64,000 nucleotides of DNA from NCBI GenBank assembly GCA_951406725.2, contig OX597832.1, forward strand, positions 50,654,001-50,718,000, in the 5' to 3' direction. Below the pieces are notes generated by a model. The model worked only from the letters and a program-made list of their open reading frames with translations, searched no databases and had not been told where the DNA came from. A program made the translations under genes and the position numbers. Below are positions 41,500-55,866 of this stretch, in pieces. This DNA is from Octopus vulgaris (taxonomy: Eukaryota). The first letter of the stretch is position 1. Each line of letters starts with the position of its first letter.

Positions 41500-41626
41500 A
41501 TCTCTGAAGAGGCCTTGGGATATTTTTGTAAGTGTCTCATTTATAACCACATATTAACCTATCACACATGGCTAATATGAGCATAATGAGATACCCATAT
41601 CTGCATGGCTGAAACAGCTGTAAGAT
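41500..41626 (+). ncRNA. Type I hammerhead with extended stem II
   Basis: AUCU-CUGAAGA-GGCC...(~90 nt)...GGCU-GAAAC(AGCU)GUA-AGAU. Confidence 0.7.
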
Positions 41627-42310
41627 GTAGTTTATATTTATATTTGTATTTATTTATATTCACTTATACATACTGTACTTATTGTATCATATTACTCATT
41701 GATGTACATTGTTTTGTTCTATACTATTATGTTTGACCTTAATGTTCATATGTAGTGGTTTAATAAATTATGTGATTGGGTATTATCTGGTAGTTGATTA
41801 TTGATTAAGATATATTTTTCCATTTTCTTATTTTGTATATATATATATATATATATAACATACATACATTCACATATACACATACATACATACACACATA
41901 CATCAATACATACATACACTCACATTCACACACACATATTACATAATACATATGTATAAAAGCGTGTGTGCATGTATGTATATGTATGTTTGTATGGCGG
42001 GTGTACGTGTGAAATCTGTGTGGAAACAATCGTAAGTATGAATTACTAAATATTTGCAAAACCAAACCAAACCAAACAAACAACAACAAAAAACAAACAA
42101 ACAAACAAAAAAAGCAAAAAATAACAATAACAAAAATAATCTCTTCATTGACCCAGTTTCTTTTACACAAAAACTGTTACATTCTCGGAAAAAAAGACGA
42201 AGAGAAAAATAAACAAACAAAATAAGGCGATTGCTCCTTTTTCTAAATATATTTCATATTATTCCAAGTAAACACGAAGCAATCGTTACACCCACACACC
42301 CACACACACA

Positions 42311-42838
<528 letters not shown>

Positions 42839-43480
42839 TGCTTATTATTGCAAACTACTGATTATGTTTGTAGTTGCCCTATTGTGGATGCTTGCTATCA
42901 CAATGCCTAGAAAAAAAAAAAAAACTAGGTCACAATTGCTAGACGTTTTTTTTTTCGTTTTTTTTCTTCTCTTCTTTATTTTTTTTTGTTTTTGTATTAC
43001 AAGCCGATGGTGAGGGTATTAGCGATGGCAGTGATAATTGATGACGAACTTGTTGGGGGTGGTGGTGGTGGTGGTGATGGCGACAGTGGTGCCGACGGGT
43101 GTTGTGATTGCGGTTGAGTTTGGGATAGTGATGATGGTTAGAAGATACGGAGACTTTTCCATTAACTCTTAATTTCTTTACTTCTCTCACAATAAACACA
43201 CACCCACAACCATCCCATGCGCAAGCATTCAACCACCTACCTACCTTCCTCCCTCCCTACCTACCTCCCTACCTACCTACCTACCTACCTACCTACCTAC
43301 CTACCTACCTACCTATCCACCTAACCCCAACCGTAAAGAATTTTGGGGGGTCTACGCCACAAAACAGTAAATTGGGGATCGACAATAGTATTTTAAAAGC
43401 CCCTGAAAAAAAAATTGCTTTAAAAGTATGTATTGGCAAGTGTTACAAGAAACAGCTAGGTTTCTTTCTCTAACATTTTA

Positions 43481-44047
43481 TTAGGTTGTCCGGAAAGTTC
43501 GTGCCGATTTTTAAACGAAAGAAAATGGTCAATAAATACTTGCCATTAAATTTTTAATCAACCAAATATGAACCATTTTGTTGCACAATGCATCTCCATC
43601 TTTCCTTTAACTTGAAAATACCCTCTTCCCTGAATTGAGGTGGTTTCATGGCAAACAATTCATCGAGGTATCTTTTTACGTCATCCAAGGAAGTGAAATT
43701 TTTACCATTAAGACTATTCTGCAGAGACCTGAATAAGTGGAAATCCGAAGGAGCAATATCTGGTGAATATGGAGGGTGGGGTAACACATCCCAGCCGAGC
43801 AGCAGCAATTTTTGTCTGGTTCCCAAAGCATCAAGTGCCAAAAATGAACATTCTTATCTTCCATTTTTAAAGGGTTACAGAATTAACACAGGTTATAGGA
43901 ACATAAACCTTCTTCCACGAAAAGATAGCTTAAACTGTACTCTAAATGGAGGTTTAGTCAAATCCTATCTTATGGACTCAACAATGTTCTAAAATAAGTC
44001 GAAAGGTAAGCTACTATAAATCGGCACGAACTTTCCGGACAACCCTA
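43481..44047 (-). mobile_element. Internally deleted mariner (DD34D) element with TIRs and TA TSD
   Basis: TIR TTAGGTTGTCCGGAAAGTTCGTGCCGATTT; HPPYSPDIAPSDFHLFRSL motif. Confidence 0.92.
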
Positions 44048-44199
44048 TACATAGTTCAACCTACACAAGTTAATATCTGAAAAATGCAATAGGAATTTTG
44101 AAAGAAGTTTCTGTAAAACAAGTTTTTAAACATCGAATAGTTATGAGAGTCCACGAGAAGCAAATAATAATCAAAGGAGTCCACAGATAAAAATTGGTT

Positions 44200-45950
44200 G
44201 AGGCCCTCTGGTCTAGGAGAGGGAAACTCCGATATAAAACCTCTGCTGCCATGCGAACAAGGCGCAAACAAGGCGGATCTTAATTATATCTGAGACATCC
44301 GGCAGCCCGTTGCAACCATCCTAACCAGATCCAGCGTGTCACCAATCCCAATGGTACAGCTGGGGAAGGCGGGTGGTCAAGTGCGTGGGCGTTGTGATTG
44401 CAACACAGTCCATCTTAAACAAACTCATACGAAAACCGTTCTGTGGCTTGAACAACGAGCTTCTCCTCTCCTTTCCCTAGGTCCAGTAGCAATGATAACT
44501 GGGCGACGGAGCAGGCCCGACTTAGCCAGCTAGAAACACCTAGCCCGAAAACACATACACGATGCGACTGGGCTGGCCTAGTCAGGATCACCGCAGCCCA
44601 ACCCATGCGGGAAAGTCCCTAGAAAAGGTGGGATAAATACCGGACACCATTTTTTTCCCTGATTGGCTTACCGCGGCCATTGGCGATGAAGACTTCCTTA
44701 GTGAACAGACACAATCTGGCTCCCACTTCTATCAATGAACGGCTTATGTCCTTCCGCCTTCCCTTTTTCAATAACAATCACCTTACATTGGTGTCAGCTT
44801 ACACTCCTGCCCTTGATTCTAGTGATGAGATAAAGGATTCTCTCTATTCCGATCTCAACAGGACCATCCAAGTCGTGCCAAGAAAAGACAAACTTCTCGT
44901 ATTGGGAGGTTTGAACGCCAGAGTCGGCCGAGCTAATGACCTCTGGACGGGAATTCTGGGAAAGCAGGTGTGGTAAGCTGCAACTAGAACGGACTGCTTC
45001 TCCTTGGCTTATGCGTTGAGAATGAGCTATTAATTACTAACACCCTCTTCCGCCTTCCTAACCATCACAAGACCACGTGGAGGGATCCGGGATCTAAGCA
45101 CTGGCACATCCTGAGCTACGTCCTCACCAGATTATAGGACAGGAGCGGCCTAATCGTGACCTGAAGCCTCCCCAGAGCAGATGACTTTGGATGGATCATC
45201 GATTACTAATTTCCGGTTCGGCTCTGACTCTGGTTGCGAAATCTTCCCTACCCCCAAAAATCTGCAAAGAGACTACGGCGCTTTGATATTTTGAAATTGA
45301 AGACCTACACAGTCGAGAGGGATTATTCATCTCGTCTCACGAAACTTCTACAAAAAGTATCCCATCACTCCAGTTGGACAGTGTGGAAACATAGTCCCTT
45401 CTACGCCAAACGATCACCAAAGCTGCTGAAGAAATAATTGGCGATTAAAAACACGTTCACCAAAATGATGACCAAATTACCAAGTTGATCGACCTGAAGA
45501 GAGCAATTCGTCTGGCATGGGAGAATTCCCAACGCGCACCTGTTTGCGACGCTTCCGGTAGGTTAAACAGCAATACCTATTTCTTTATTACCCACAAGGG
45601 GCTAAACACAGAGGGGACAGACAAGGACAGACATAGGTATTAAGTCGATTACATCGACCCCAGTGCGTAACTGGTACTTAATTTATCGACCCCGAAAGGA
45701 TGAAAGGCAAAGTCGACCTCGGCGGAATTTTAACTCACAACGTAACGGCAGACGAAATACCGCTAAGCATTTCGCCCGGCGTGCTAACGTTTCTGCCAGC
45801 TCACAATACCAGTGTAGGCTCCATGAACTCCAGAATATCTGATGGCGAACAAAAGCAGGGGAGATACAGACTTTCGAGGACAGCAGGGACCTTAGCTGTT
45901 TCAACGCTGAGACAAAGGAAGCTTTTGGTTTCCGTTGCGGAGTAACTAAC
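44200..45950 (+). pseudogene. 5' part of an RTE-clade LINE (UTR and APE endonuclease), decayed
   Basis: [48 protein letters not shown] motifs with stops and frameshifts; interrupted by SINE B. Confidence 0.85.
45578..45802 (-). mobile_element. SINE B monomer, short TSD CAATACC
   Basis: Reverse complement of B; CAATACC on both sides. Confidence 0.88.
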
Positions 45951-46267
45951 ACACTGTTGCGTTTTTGCCCAGTTTAACAATGAACTTTATCGCATAGTGC
46001 GCTTCCAAATTGTCTTTTCGTCTCGACTGCATTCTCTAAACTAGTCAGCCGTGACAAGCCGTGTGCAGCAGAGTATGTTCAAAGTGCTTTCATAACCATC
46101 TCCTTCAATCTGTCGTAAAATAGTTGGCAATTCAGCTTATATGTATTGTAATGATATACTAAAATTACTATAATTTAGGACAATTATAACTTTCCTCTCC
46201 TAAAAAAAAGTCCCAAATTTTCTGGAATGCACCTAGTTTGTATGTATGTATGTATGTATAGCTATAC

Positions 46268-46367
<100 letters not shown>

Positions 46368-46586
46368 ATATAAGAATTTTTTGCGTAATAAGATAAAAAC
46401 CAAGGCTGTATAGATATTAGAGCATTTATAGATAGAAGGTCTTACAGCTGTTTCTAGGATATTAATTAATAATATCTCTTCATCAGAGACCTTCTATCTG
46501 TAAGACCTTCTATGTATAAATGCTCTAATATCTATACAGCATTGTTTTTTTTAAATCTTATTACGCAAAAAATTCTTATATACATA
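46368..46586. mobile_element. (TA)n-embedded inverted repeat (Penelope-like inverted pseudo-LTR)
   Basis: Arms ~46368-46446 and 46498-46586. Confidence 0.7.
46430..46499 (-). ncRNA. Type I hammerhead ribozyme motif
   Basis: AGAUAGAAGGUCU-CUGAUGA-(AGAGAUAUUA UUAAU UAAUAUCCUA)-GAAAC(AGCU)GUA-AGACCUUCUAUCU. Confidence 0.75.
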
Positions 46587-46687
46587 GAACCAACGTTGAA
46601 CTCTTTATTCGCAACTTAACTATGATCTGTCTATAGCACTTATTCAGCATTACCTGACACCTTTAGGATTCAATGACACCATTATCT

Positions 46688-46724
<37 letters not shown>

Positions 46725-47543
46725 TCTGTATACACACATACTCGCACATACATATATGCATTATGTTCGGTATTACCAAGAGTATTACACTAAAAAATAT
46801 TTGCGGCAGCATCAGTTCCAGCCCACTTAAATGGCAAACGTCTCAGAAATGCGATTGTCTACAAAGTAAAGATCATTATCTGCCAAATAATACAGAAATG
46901 AACGATATAGAGATTATGGAGAAAATATTCAAATGAATCACAAAGATGCAGTTTTTTTTATCTGATAAGGAATGTAGCATCTTCACGCAACCTATCAGGA
47001 TAGAAAACAAAAACAAAGAAAAACAGGGTAACAATGGCAATTCTGTTTATGTGTAGGGATGTGAGGAAATACTTAATGAGAAGTTACTGAACGTCTAACG
47101 ACCGTATATAAGCGAGTCGATTACCGGTTGTATTAATCTACGTAATTTCCGGCTCCTGTATAGAAGTTCGTTCCGTCTGTAATAATAATTTTTGAGTATT
47201 TCCTTATGAATACATGGCTGTGTGGTTAAGAAGTTCGCTGTGCAACTACGAAGTTTTGGTTTCAGTCCTAGCACATGGGGAAAGTATCTTCGGATCTTTT
47301 CACTTTCGTAGCCTGAGGGCAGATTTTTCTAGTTAACTAAATAATTTGAAACTTCGTATACTGGTAGAGTGTCTCAAAAGAAAACACTAGTTCCAACTTG
47401 TTTATTTGAGAAAAATTTATTTTATGACTTTAAACGTAGATTAAATCAGCGAATTTTAACCAATCGTATTAACTATACGGGAGGACCAATGCTTTGTAAA
47501 CGAACTTGGTAGACGGAAAGTGTGTGGAAGCTTGTCGTATATA

Positions 47544-47777
47544 TATTTCTTTATTACCCACAAGGGGCTAAACACAGAGGGGACAGACAAGGACAGACAA
47601 ACGGATTAAGTCGATCACATCGACCCCAGTGCGTAACTGATACTTTATTTATCGACCCCGAAAGGATGAAAGGCAAAGTCGACCTCGGCGGAATTTGAAC
47701 TCAGAACATAAAGACAGACGAAATACGGCTACGCATTTCGCCCGGCGTGCTAACGATTCTGCCAGCTCGCCCGCCTT
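47544..47777 (-). mobile_element. SINE B monomer
   Basis: Full match; flanks TT(G/A)TCGTATATA. Confidence 0.88.
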
Positions 47778-47799
47778 ATCGTATATAGAGAAAGTTGTC

Positions 47800-48300
47800 A
47801 TGGCAATACCTGCTCAGAGACCTATGCAAAGTTGCAGAAAGTGTATGGAGAGGGGTATATGAGATGCACACAAGTGTACCAGTGGTTCAGACGTTTTCAA
47901 GATGGCCGAAAAAATGTCGATATTGACGAACGGTCTGGGAGACCCGCAACCGGCAGAACTGAGAAAAACATCGCAGATGTGCATGCAGCTGTGAGGGGAA
48001 GTCGTTGAATTACCATCTGTGAGTTATCAGAGGATGTGCAGATTAGTTACGGTTCACTTCAGTTCATTATCACCGAAGATTTGGATATGAGACGCGTGTT
48101 TGTTAAGTTTGTGCCAAAACTGCTTTCAGCTGACCAAAAAGACACTCGGGTTTCAGTTGCACAAGATCTCCTTGATTGTGTCGAGAACGATGAAAACTTT
48201 TTGAAAACTTTGCATAGGCCTCTGAGCAGGCATCGCCAAGCTTTTGGCAAAATTTGCTGCAGATTCTCTACTCAACTTTCTTTGTCATAGTCAATGCGAC
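47800..48300 (+). pseudogene. Mariner transposase N-terminal remnant with inverted 5' segment
   Basis: VYQWFRRFQDG...DERSGRP and DLDMRRVFVKFVPKLLS; 48207-48240 inverts 47801-47833. Confidence 0.8.
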
Positions 48301-49609
48301 GATCACACGCTACACACCTTCCTTCCAAGCACTGCTGTAAACAGCGGAAGTGGGTTAGAATGTGAAAACTTAGTGCATTTGCACTGCAGAGTTCACGGTC
48401 AATCTGTGCCAAGCGGCTTCACTCTGTGCTTTAGCATCGTTACTATAGCGACAGTCCTTAGCGGTATTTCGTCTGTCTTTACGCTCTGAGTTCAAATTCC
48501 GCCGAGGTCGATAAATTATGTACCAGCTGTGTACTGGGGTTGATCTAATCGACTGACCCCCTCCCCCAAAATTTCGGGCCTTGTGCCTAGAGTAGAAACG
48601 ATTATAGCAACAGTCCGGATACTTATCAATATATATATTAATGCGAGTGTATGCGGTTATGTATGTGTGTTTAGCCTCCAAAGGCTCGGAAGCGGTACAT
48701 CCTCAAGAAAAACGAATTTGATCTTCGAAATCTGCGTCCCAAAGAAAAGGTCGCCCATAAATAACAATACAAAAATCTAATTTCTTATGAGTAATAACTT
48801 AACTATCAGATTGACAACTCTCCCACTTTTTATCTTTCACCACCATTGTATCGCTGTTTATATTTACCACGTGTATGTACCAGCTCTCGCGATTTGCTTT
48901 CGGTTTGTTTAAAATCTCATCTTATAATTTTTCTGGAAAAAGTGAATCACAAACACGGATTCAGCATGAAAAAGTGCATCAATATATCAAATTTGAAATC
49001 TTTCACTTAATTTCAAAATTTCAGCATCTGTGATATCAACAAAAATGATCTGTCTGTCTGTCTGTGTCTGTCTATCTGTGTCTGTCTATCTGTCCGTCTG
49101 TCTCTCTCTCTCTTTCATTTTTCGTTTTTCTCATGATAAACTTCCCCCTCTCAATATATTTTTTACCACACTTTCTCTCCGTTTGTCAGTGAGTGTGTAA
49201 GGCATGTGTGTAAGGAATCACAGTAATTTTAGAAAGGTATGTAAATGATAATTTATTTTAACAGCATATCTTTCTGTCAGCAACTATGTTTCTTCGTGTG
49301 CGCACACGCACACACACACACACACACACATACACACGTACACGCTTGATGCAGGGTGGAGGATCAAAACTTCAAATTACACATTTTTGGGTCTTGTTGT
49401 TGTTGCTTACATACAAGCAATGAACCACCGCATCGTCATTCCAGAAATTGTGTCTGTGGGGAGAAAAATATTGAAAAACATCAATACGTGCCAGACAGAC
49501 AAAGAAATGAGTAAAAAGATAGCAGGTGGTTGTGGGATGTGCTAGAAACAACAGCTAAACAGCCCTTAAATTACATTTTAGCTGATAATTATTTTCAAAT
49601 TATACACAC

Positions 49610-49816
49610 TTTACTCTTTTACTTGTTTCAGTCATTTGACTGCGGCCATGCTGGAGCACCGCCTTTAGTCGAGCAAATCAACCCCGGGACTTATTCTTTG
49701 TAAGCCCAGTACTTATTCTATCGGTCTCTTTTGCCGAACCGCTAAGTGACGGGGACGTAAACACACCAGCATCGGTTGTCAAGCAATGCTAGAGGGACAA
49801 ACAGACACACAAACAT

Positions 49817-49867
<51 letters not shown>

Positions 49868-50033
49868 TACGACGGGCTTCTTTCAGTTTCTGTCAACCAA
49901 ATCCACTCACAAGGCTTTGGTTGGCCCGAGGCTATAGCAGAAGACACTTGCCCAAGATGCCACGCAGTGGGACTGAACCCGGAACCATGTGGTCGGTTAG
50001 CAAGCTACTTACCACATAGCCACTCCTGCGCCT
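49610..50033 (-). mobile_element. SINE family A
   Basis: Full-length reverse complement. Confidence 0.9.
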
Positions 50034-50299
50034 GAAACAAATTGTAGATTTGGACTATTCGTATTTTAAAACTGTTATTAAAACTATTTTGGAAAAGTAA
50101 AAAAAAAAGCTAAAATTTTAGGATTTTTGGAAGGGTAGGGTTAATGAAAAGACTAAACATTTCACTATTGTTTTTAAATTACGTTTCATTTTTTTTGTTT
50201 GAAAATAAAGGAAATGGATATTGTAATGGTGATCGACATTTACAAAAATATTTCTTTAACCTTCAAGGCTTCTGTCATCATTTTTAAGTGCATAGTTAA

Positions 50300-50338
<39 letters not shown>

Positions 50339-51157
50339 TAATGATAATAATAATAATAATGATAATAATAAATAGATAAATATAAAAAAAGAAAGAAAGA
50401 TAAAAGGCCCAAATTGGTACTGAGTGGGGGAGGGCGATTTGAATAAAATCCACAAATTAAAATTATTTTTTTATTTCATACCGAAAAGGCGCCCCCATTC
50501 TTTATAAGTGAGTAGAGGCAAAAAAACCAAAACAAAAATGGACAAACGGTCCTGAAATGGGGAGAAGGGAATCATAGATTTTCAAATTTTTTTCATTGAA
50601 AGCTCTCCCACCCTGCATCATTTGCAAGGATGTAGTGGAAAAAATTTGAAAAATCTTCATCCACTGTGAAAATTACCCGGTAAGGATAGGATACTCGACT
50701 ACTACCTACCTACCTATGTGTACACAAATGTGTACAAATATCTCTGTGTGTGTATACACACATACACGCATATGTATGTATGCATGTATGTGTGTATGTA
50801 TGTATGTATGTATGTATGTGTGTATGTATGCATGCATATTTATTTATATTCTTTATGTTTGTTCTTGTTTCACTCATTAGACTGTGACCATGCTGGAGCT
50901 CCACCTTGTATAGTTTAATCGAATAAACTGACTCCAGTAGTTTTTTCTAAGCCTAGATATTATATAATGAAGTAACCTAAGTATATTTTTGTTAAGCCTG
51001 GTACTCATTCTATCGGTCACTTTTTCCCAGGGTGCTACACAGCGAAATTATGCGGTTGAGAAGGAAACTCCTTACCACATATCCACAATCTATCGATATA
51101 CATAGAAACACACATATACATTCATGTATTTGTATATATGTATATATTGATATGTGC

Positions 51158-51188
<31 letters not shown>

Positions 51189-52391
51189 TGCACGAACACA
51201 CACACATATACTCAGGTGCACACACATATACTCAGGTGCACACACATATATATGTGCATTTGCATCGGACAGTTTGTGATATTTAGGTGTCTTTTTCTGA
51301 TTAAACATAGATATATTTAATGTTCATAATATTAAGGTGAGTTATTCTTGCCAAGATAACATCGATTCCACAGTTACAAACAACAAAGAAAATAAGATTC
51401 TGCTCTACCCACATCCCAACAATCTACCTATAATTAACTAGATTGAGCCAGTTGCCCACTGTCCTTGTATATATAGGTACATTCACATCACCAGATAATA
51501 TCTCAAATTTTTAAAGGCTTACCATTAACAGCTTTAATGGCTGATTTAGACAACATCTGTACTCTTTTATGACCAGAGACAAAGGAAAGCATAGCGACCA
51601 AGGACATATCTGCCTAAGTATAACCTGCAGGTTGATTAGACTACAATATCTTACGTAATTACCGGGTCTACTTTGCAGCCTAAATCACCCTGCCATGTTT
51701 TTATTAAGAAATCAGAAATGATAATGATTTCCTACTGTCAACATCGGCAAGCCTATATTTTTGGTTAATTTCAGTCAACCTACTACAAAAATAATACCAT
51801 AGAAGATATCATGGGTGGGATGGCATGGCTGTTACGTTTTGAGTTCAAATTCTGCCAAGGTCGACTTTGGCTTTCATCCTTTCGTGGTTGATTAAATAAG
51901 TACCAGTTACGCACTGGGGTCGATATAATCGACTTAATCCCTTTGTCTGTCCCCTCTATGTTTAGCCCCTTGTGTGCAATAAAGAAATAAGAAATATATG
52001 ATGAATTAAAAACAATTTGAAATCAAAATCAAATTCGATGACTGGCATCTGTACTAGTGCGGCACTAAGAGCACCATCCGAGCGTGTTTGTTGCCTGAGC
52101 GGCTAACTGGCTTCTGTGCTGGCGGCACATAAAAGGCAACATTTGAACGTAATCGTTACCAGCATCACCTTACTGGCACTTGTGCTGGTGGCACGTGAAA
52201 AAACATTCGAGCAAGGTCGTTGCCAGTACCGCCTGACTGGCTCCTGTGCCAGTGACATGTAAAAGTACCCACTACACTCTCGGAGTGGTTGGCATTAGGA
52301 AGGGCATCCAGCTGTAGAAACTCTGCTAGATCAAGATTGGAGCTTGGTGCAGCCATCTGGTTCGCCAGTCCTCAGTTAAATTGTCCAACCT

Positions 52392-52490
52392 ATGATGATG
52401 GTGATGGTGATGATGATGATGGTGATGATGATGATGATGATAGTGATGATGATGGTGATGATGATGGTGATGATGATGATGATGGTGGTG

Positions 52491-52522
<32 letters not shown>

Positions 52523-52595
52523 GATGATGGTGGTGGTGATGATGATGATGATGATGATGGTGATGATGATGGTGATGATGGTGATGATAATGATG

Positions 52596-52651
<56 letters not shown>

Positions 52652-52690
52652 GGATGAATGAATGAATGAATGAATGAATGAATGAATGAA
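52392..52690. repeat. GAT/GGT and TGAA microsatellite
   Basis: Direct reading; follows a SINE-like segment (52020-52390). Confidence 0.95.
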
Positions 52691-53189
52691 AAAGTATTAC
52701 ATTTGGCAGAATAATCTGAACATTAAATTTGTAAAACTGAATTCGTCAATATGTTCCCCATGCAATGTGAAAGTAGAATGTAGAATTTAGTAAAAAGAGA
52801 AAAAGCGGGATGCTAAGGGTTTATTTTTGGAAAGATTCTAGTGAATTGGAGCTGGAAATATTTTGATAACAATCAATGTATGTTACTGGAATATAAAATA
52901 TGGTTTAGGTTAAAAAATAATATTTGATAGAAGGGATTTGAAGTTGAATGAGGAAGTAAGCTGTTGAAGAGAAGTAAGTTAATATTTTCAAGATGGAAAA
53001 AGTAATGAAGAACCATGTTAATAGAGAAATATAGTCATAGCGGTTCAGCAAAAGAGACCAATAGAATAAGTACTGGGCTTACAAAAGAATAAGTCCCAGG
53101 GTCGAGTTGCTCGATTAAAGGCGGTGCTCCAGCATGGCCGCAGTCAAATGACTGAAACAAGTAAAAGAGTTTTAAAGAGTTTATAACTG

Positions 53190-53512
53190 TGAAGGCACAT
53201 GGCTTAGTGGTTAGAGCGTCGAGCTTACGATCGTGAGGTTGTGAGCTCGAATCCTGGACCGGGCTGCGTGTTGTGTTCTTGAGCAAGACACTTTATTTCA
53301 CGTTGCTCCAGTTCCTCAGCTGTAGAAATGAGTTGTGACATCACAGGTGTCAAGCTGTATCAGCCCCTTTGCCTTTCCCTTGGATAACACTGGTGGCATG
53401 GAGAGGGGGGCGGTATGCATGGGCGACTGCTGGTCTTCCATAAAACAACCTTGCCTGGACTTGTGCCTGGGAAGGTAACTTTCTAGGTGCAATACCATGG
53501 TCTGTGTCGTGA
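53190..53512 (+). mobile_element. tRNA-derived SINE family D, between fragments of SINE A
   Basis: TGGCTTAGTGGTTAGAGCG A box; GCTCGAATCC B box; GTGTTCTTGAGCAAGACACTT core; 3' part recurs inverted at ~58315-58460. Confidence 0.75.
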
Positions 53513-54104
53513 CACACAAACACATATATATATATATACATATATACGACAGGCTTCTTTCAGTTTCCGTCTACCAAATCCACTCACAAGGCTTTGGGTC
53601 GGCCCGAGACTATAAGTAAAAGACACTCGCCCAAGGTGCCATGTAGTGGGACTGAACCCAGAACCATGTGGTTGGTAAGCAAGCTACTTACCACACAGCC
53701 ACTTACATAGAAATTAACAATCATGAGGTAATAGGCAACAGTTAAGAAATTACATGTAATTAATAAACTATGATCAGAATAAATTAAAATCCTTTTTCCA
53801 GTTCAGGTAACCATGTATTGCCTATACTGCAAGATACCTGTTTTAGTCTCTCTGTCATATTCTAACATCTCACCACCCAGCATAGAGTTACCTCCCTTGG
53901 TATTTATTCCTTGCTTGGTTGAGTGATTTTGTCTTGCAAGTTACTTGGTAACCTCAATGGTGTTGGTGCTACATAAAATGCATCCAGGACACTGTAAAGT
54001 AGTTTGCCTTAGAAAGGGCATCCAGCAATAGAAACCGTGTGAAAGCAGGTAGAAGAGTCTGACACAGTTTTCTGGCTTGCCAGCACCTGTCAAACTATCT
54101 AACC

Positions 54105-54323
54105 CAGTGGTTTTCAACCAAGGTTCCACGGAACCTTAGGGTTCCGCCAGTACAGTCCAGGGGTTCCTCAAGAAGTTACAAAACTGCTAAAATTGGCAGT
54201 AATTTTTAATTCTCCTGTGCAGATATATGTTCATAAGACTATTAAATTATTGCACAGGGGTTCCTCGAGCCAGTGGAATGTTTCCTTGTGGTTCCGCTCC
54301 AGCAAAACGTTTGAAAAGCACTG
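54105..54323. mobile_element. hAT (Charlie-like) MITE, TSD ATCTAACC
   Basis: CAGTGGTTTTCAA / TTGAAAAGCACTG termini; identical 8-bp flanks. Confidence 0.88.
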
Positions 54324-54854
54324 ATCTAACCTATGCCAGCATGGAAAGCAGAGACAAAGTGATGATGATAATAATGATTCCTTCTTTCCTTGAGACCTCA
54401 ACAAGTCATGGATTCATAGGGGTATTGTGATGACATGCTGTATATCACTACAGCGTCTTTACCACAATGACTGAAAACCAATTTCCTCTCACCATGTTCT
54501 AAAGCCATGAAAAGGACCTGGCCATTGTGCTTCCCTTCCTTCTCAAAGACATTAAAACAACAACAACAACAACAAAAACTAAATACAAGACAGCTTGGCA
54601 GTTCAAACATGCAAACACAACTGACAATCAACACAAATCTAATTTAATTCAAATTGTTTTGGTATTTTAAATCTGGAAAAGCCATTAAATCTCTGTTTCT
54701 TCCAAAGAAAAAGAAAGAGAGAAAGAGACTTTTGTGGTATTTTGTCCATCTTTATATTCTCGGTTCAAATTCCACTGAGGTCAACTTTACCTTTAATCCT
54801 TTTGGGATCGATAAAATAAGTACCAGTTGAGTACTCAACTACTCCTGGGTAAGT

Positions 54855-55264
54855 ATACTCTTTTTACTTGTTTCAGTCATTTGACTGTGGCCATGCTGGA
54901 GCACCGCCTTTAGTCGAGCAAATCGACCCCGGGACTTATTCTTTGTAAGCCCAGTACTTATTCTATCGGTCACTTTTGCCAAACCGCTAAGTGACGGGGA
55001 CGTAAACACACCAGCTTCGGTTGTCAAGCAATGCTAGAGGGACAAACACAGACACACAAACATATACACACACATACATATATATATATATACATATATA
55101 CGACAGGCTTCTTTCAGTTTCCGTCTACCAAATCCACTCACAAGACTTTGGTCAGCCCGAGGCTATAGCAGAAAACACTTGCCCAAGATGCCACGCAGTG
55201 GGACTGAACCCGGAACCATGTGGTTGGTTAACAAGCTACTTACCACACAGCCACTCCTGCGCCT
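54855..55264 (-). mobile_element. SINE family A
   Basis: Full-length reverse complement. Confidence 0.9.
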
Positions 55265-55866
55265 ATTCTTTGTAAGCCTATTACTTATATATAAAAAAAA
55301 GTATATATATATAAAAAAAAAAATTGCACCTTTCTACCTAGCCATATCGACTCAATGCGGCAGAGTAGCAAGTTTTGGAGGGTGGAGGTGGATAAGTAGA
55401 TTACATTGATCGCAGTGCTCAGCTGGTACTTAATTTATCAACCCCGAAAGGATGAAAAGTAAGGTTAACCTTGGTGGAATTTCACTTCAGAAGAACATTA
55501 TCGTGTATTTTAACTGTGGGAAGTGAAGCCTGAGTTAGCAAACAAATATATACAGCTGAAAGGATAAATATATTAACAGTGATTTTTTTTTTATTATTTA
55601 GGTTTTAATGCTGATAAATCAAATTTAAGAAAAAGAGTTGGGGGCGGGGAGAGAACAAAAGAGAGAAAGAGTGACAGAAAGGAAAATGAATTGTTACATA
55701 GAAAAAGAGGAAAAAAATGAAATGAAATAAAATAAAATAAAATAATTATAAAAACTTGATTAGACTCTCTCTCTCTCTCTCTATATTTGGGTGTCTATGT
55801 GTCTTATTTGCTGACATTATTCAATTTGGATGGTAGATTTAATCTGTCACCTGGCTTGAACAAACA

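Noticed and set aside
53190-53262. tRNA gene
   Set aside because: tRNA-like head continues into a SINE body; acceptor stem is not intact
54424-54476. C/D-box snoRNA-like GTGATGA...CTGA
   Set aside because: Only ~50 nt, no terminal stem flanking the boxes and no recognisable guide
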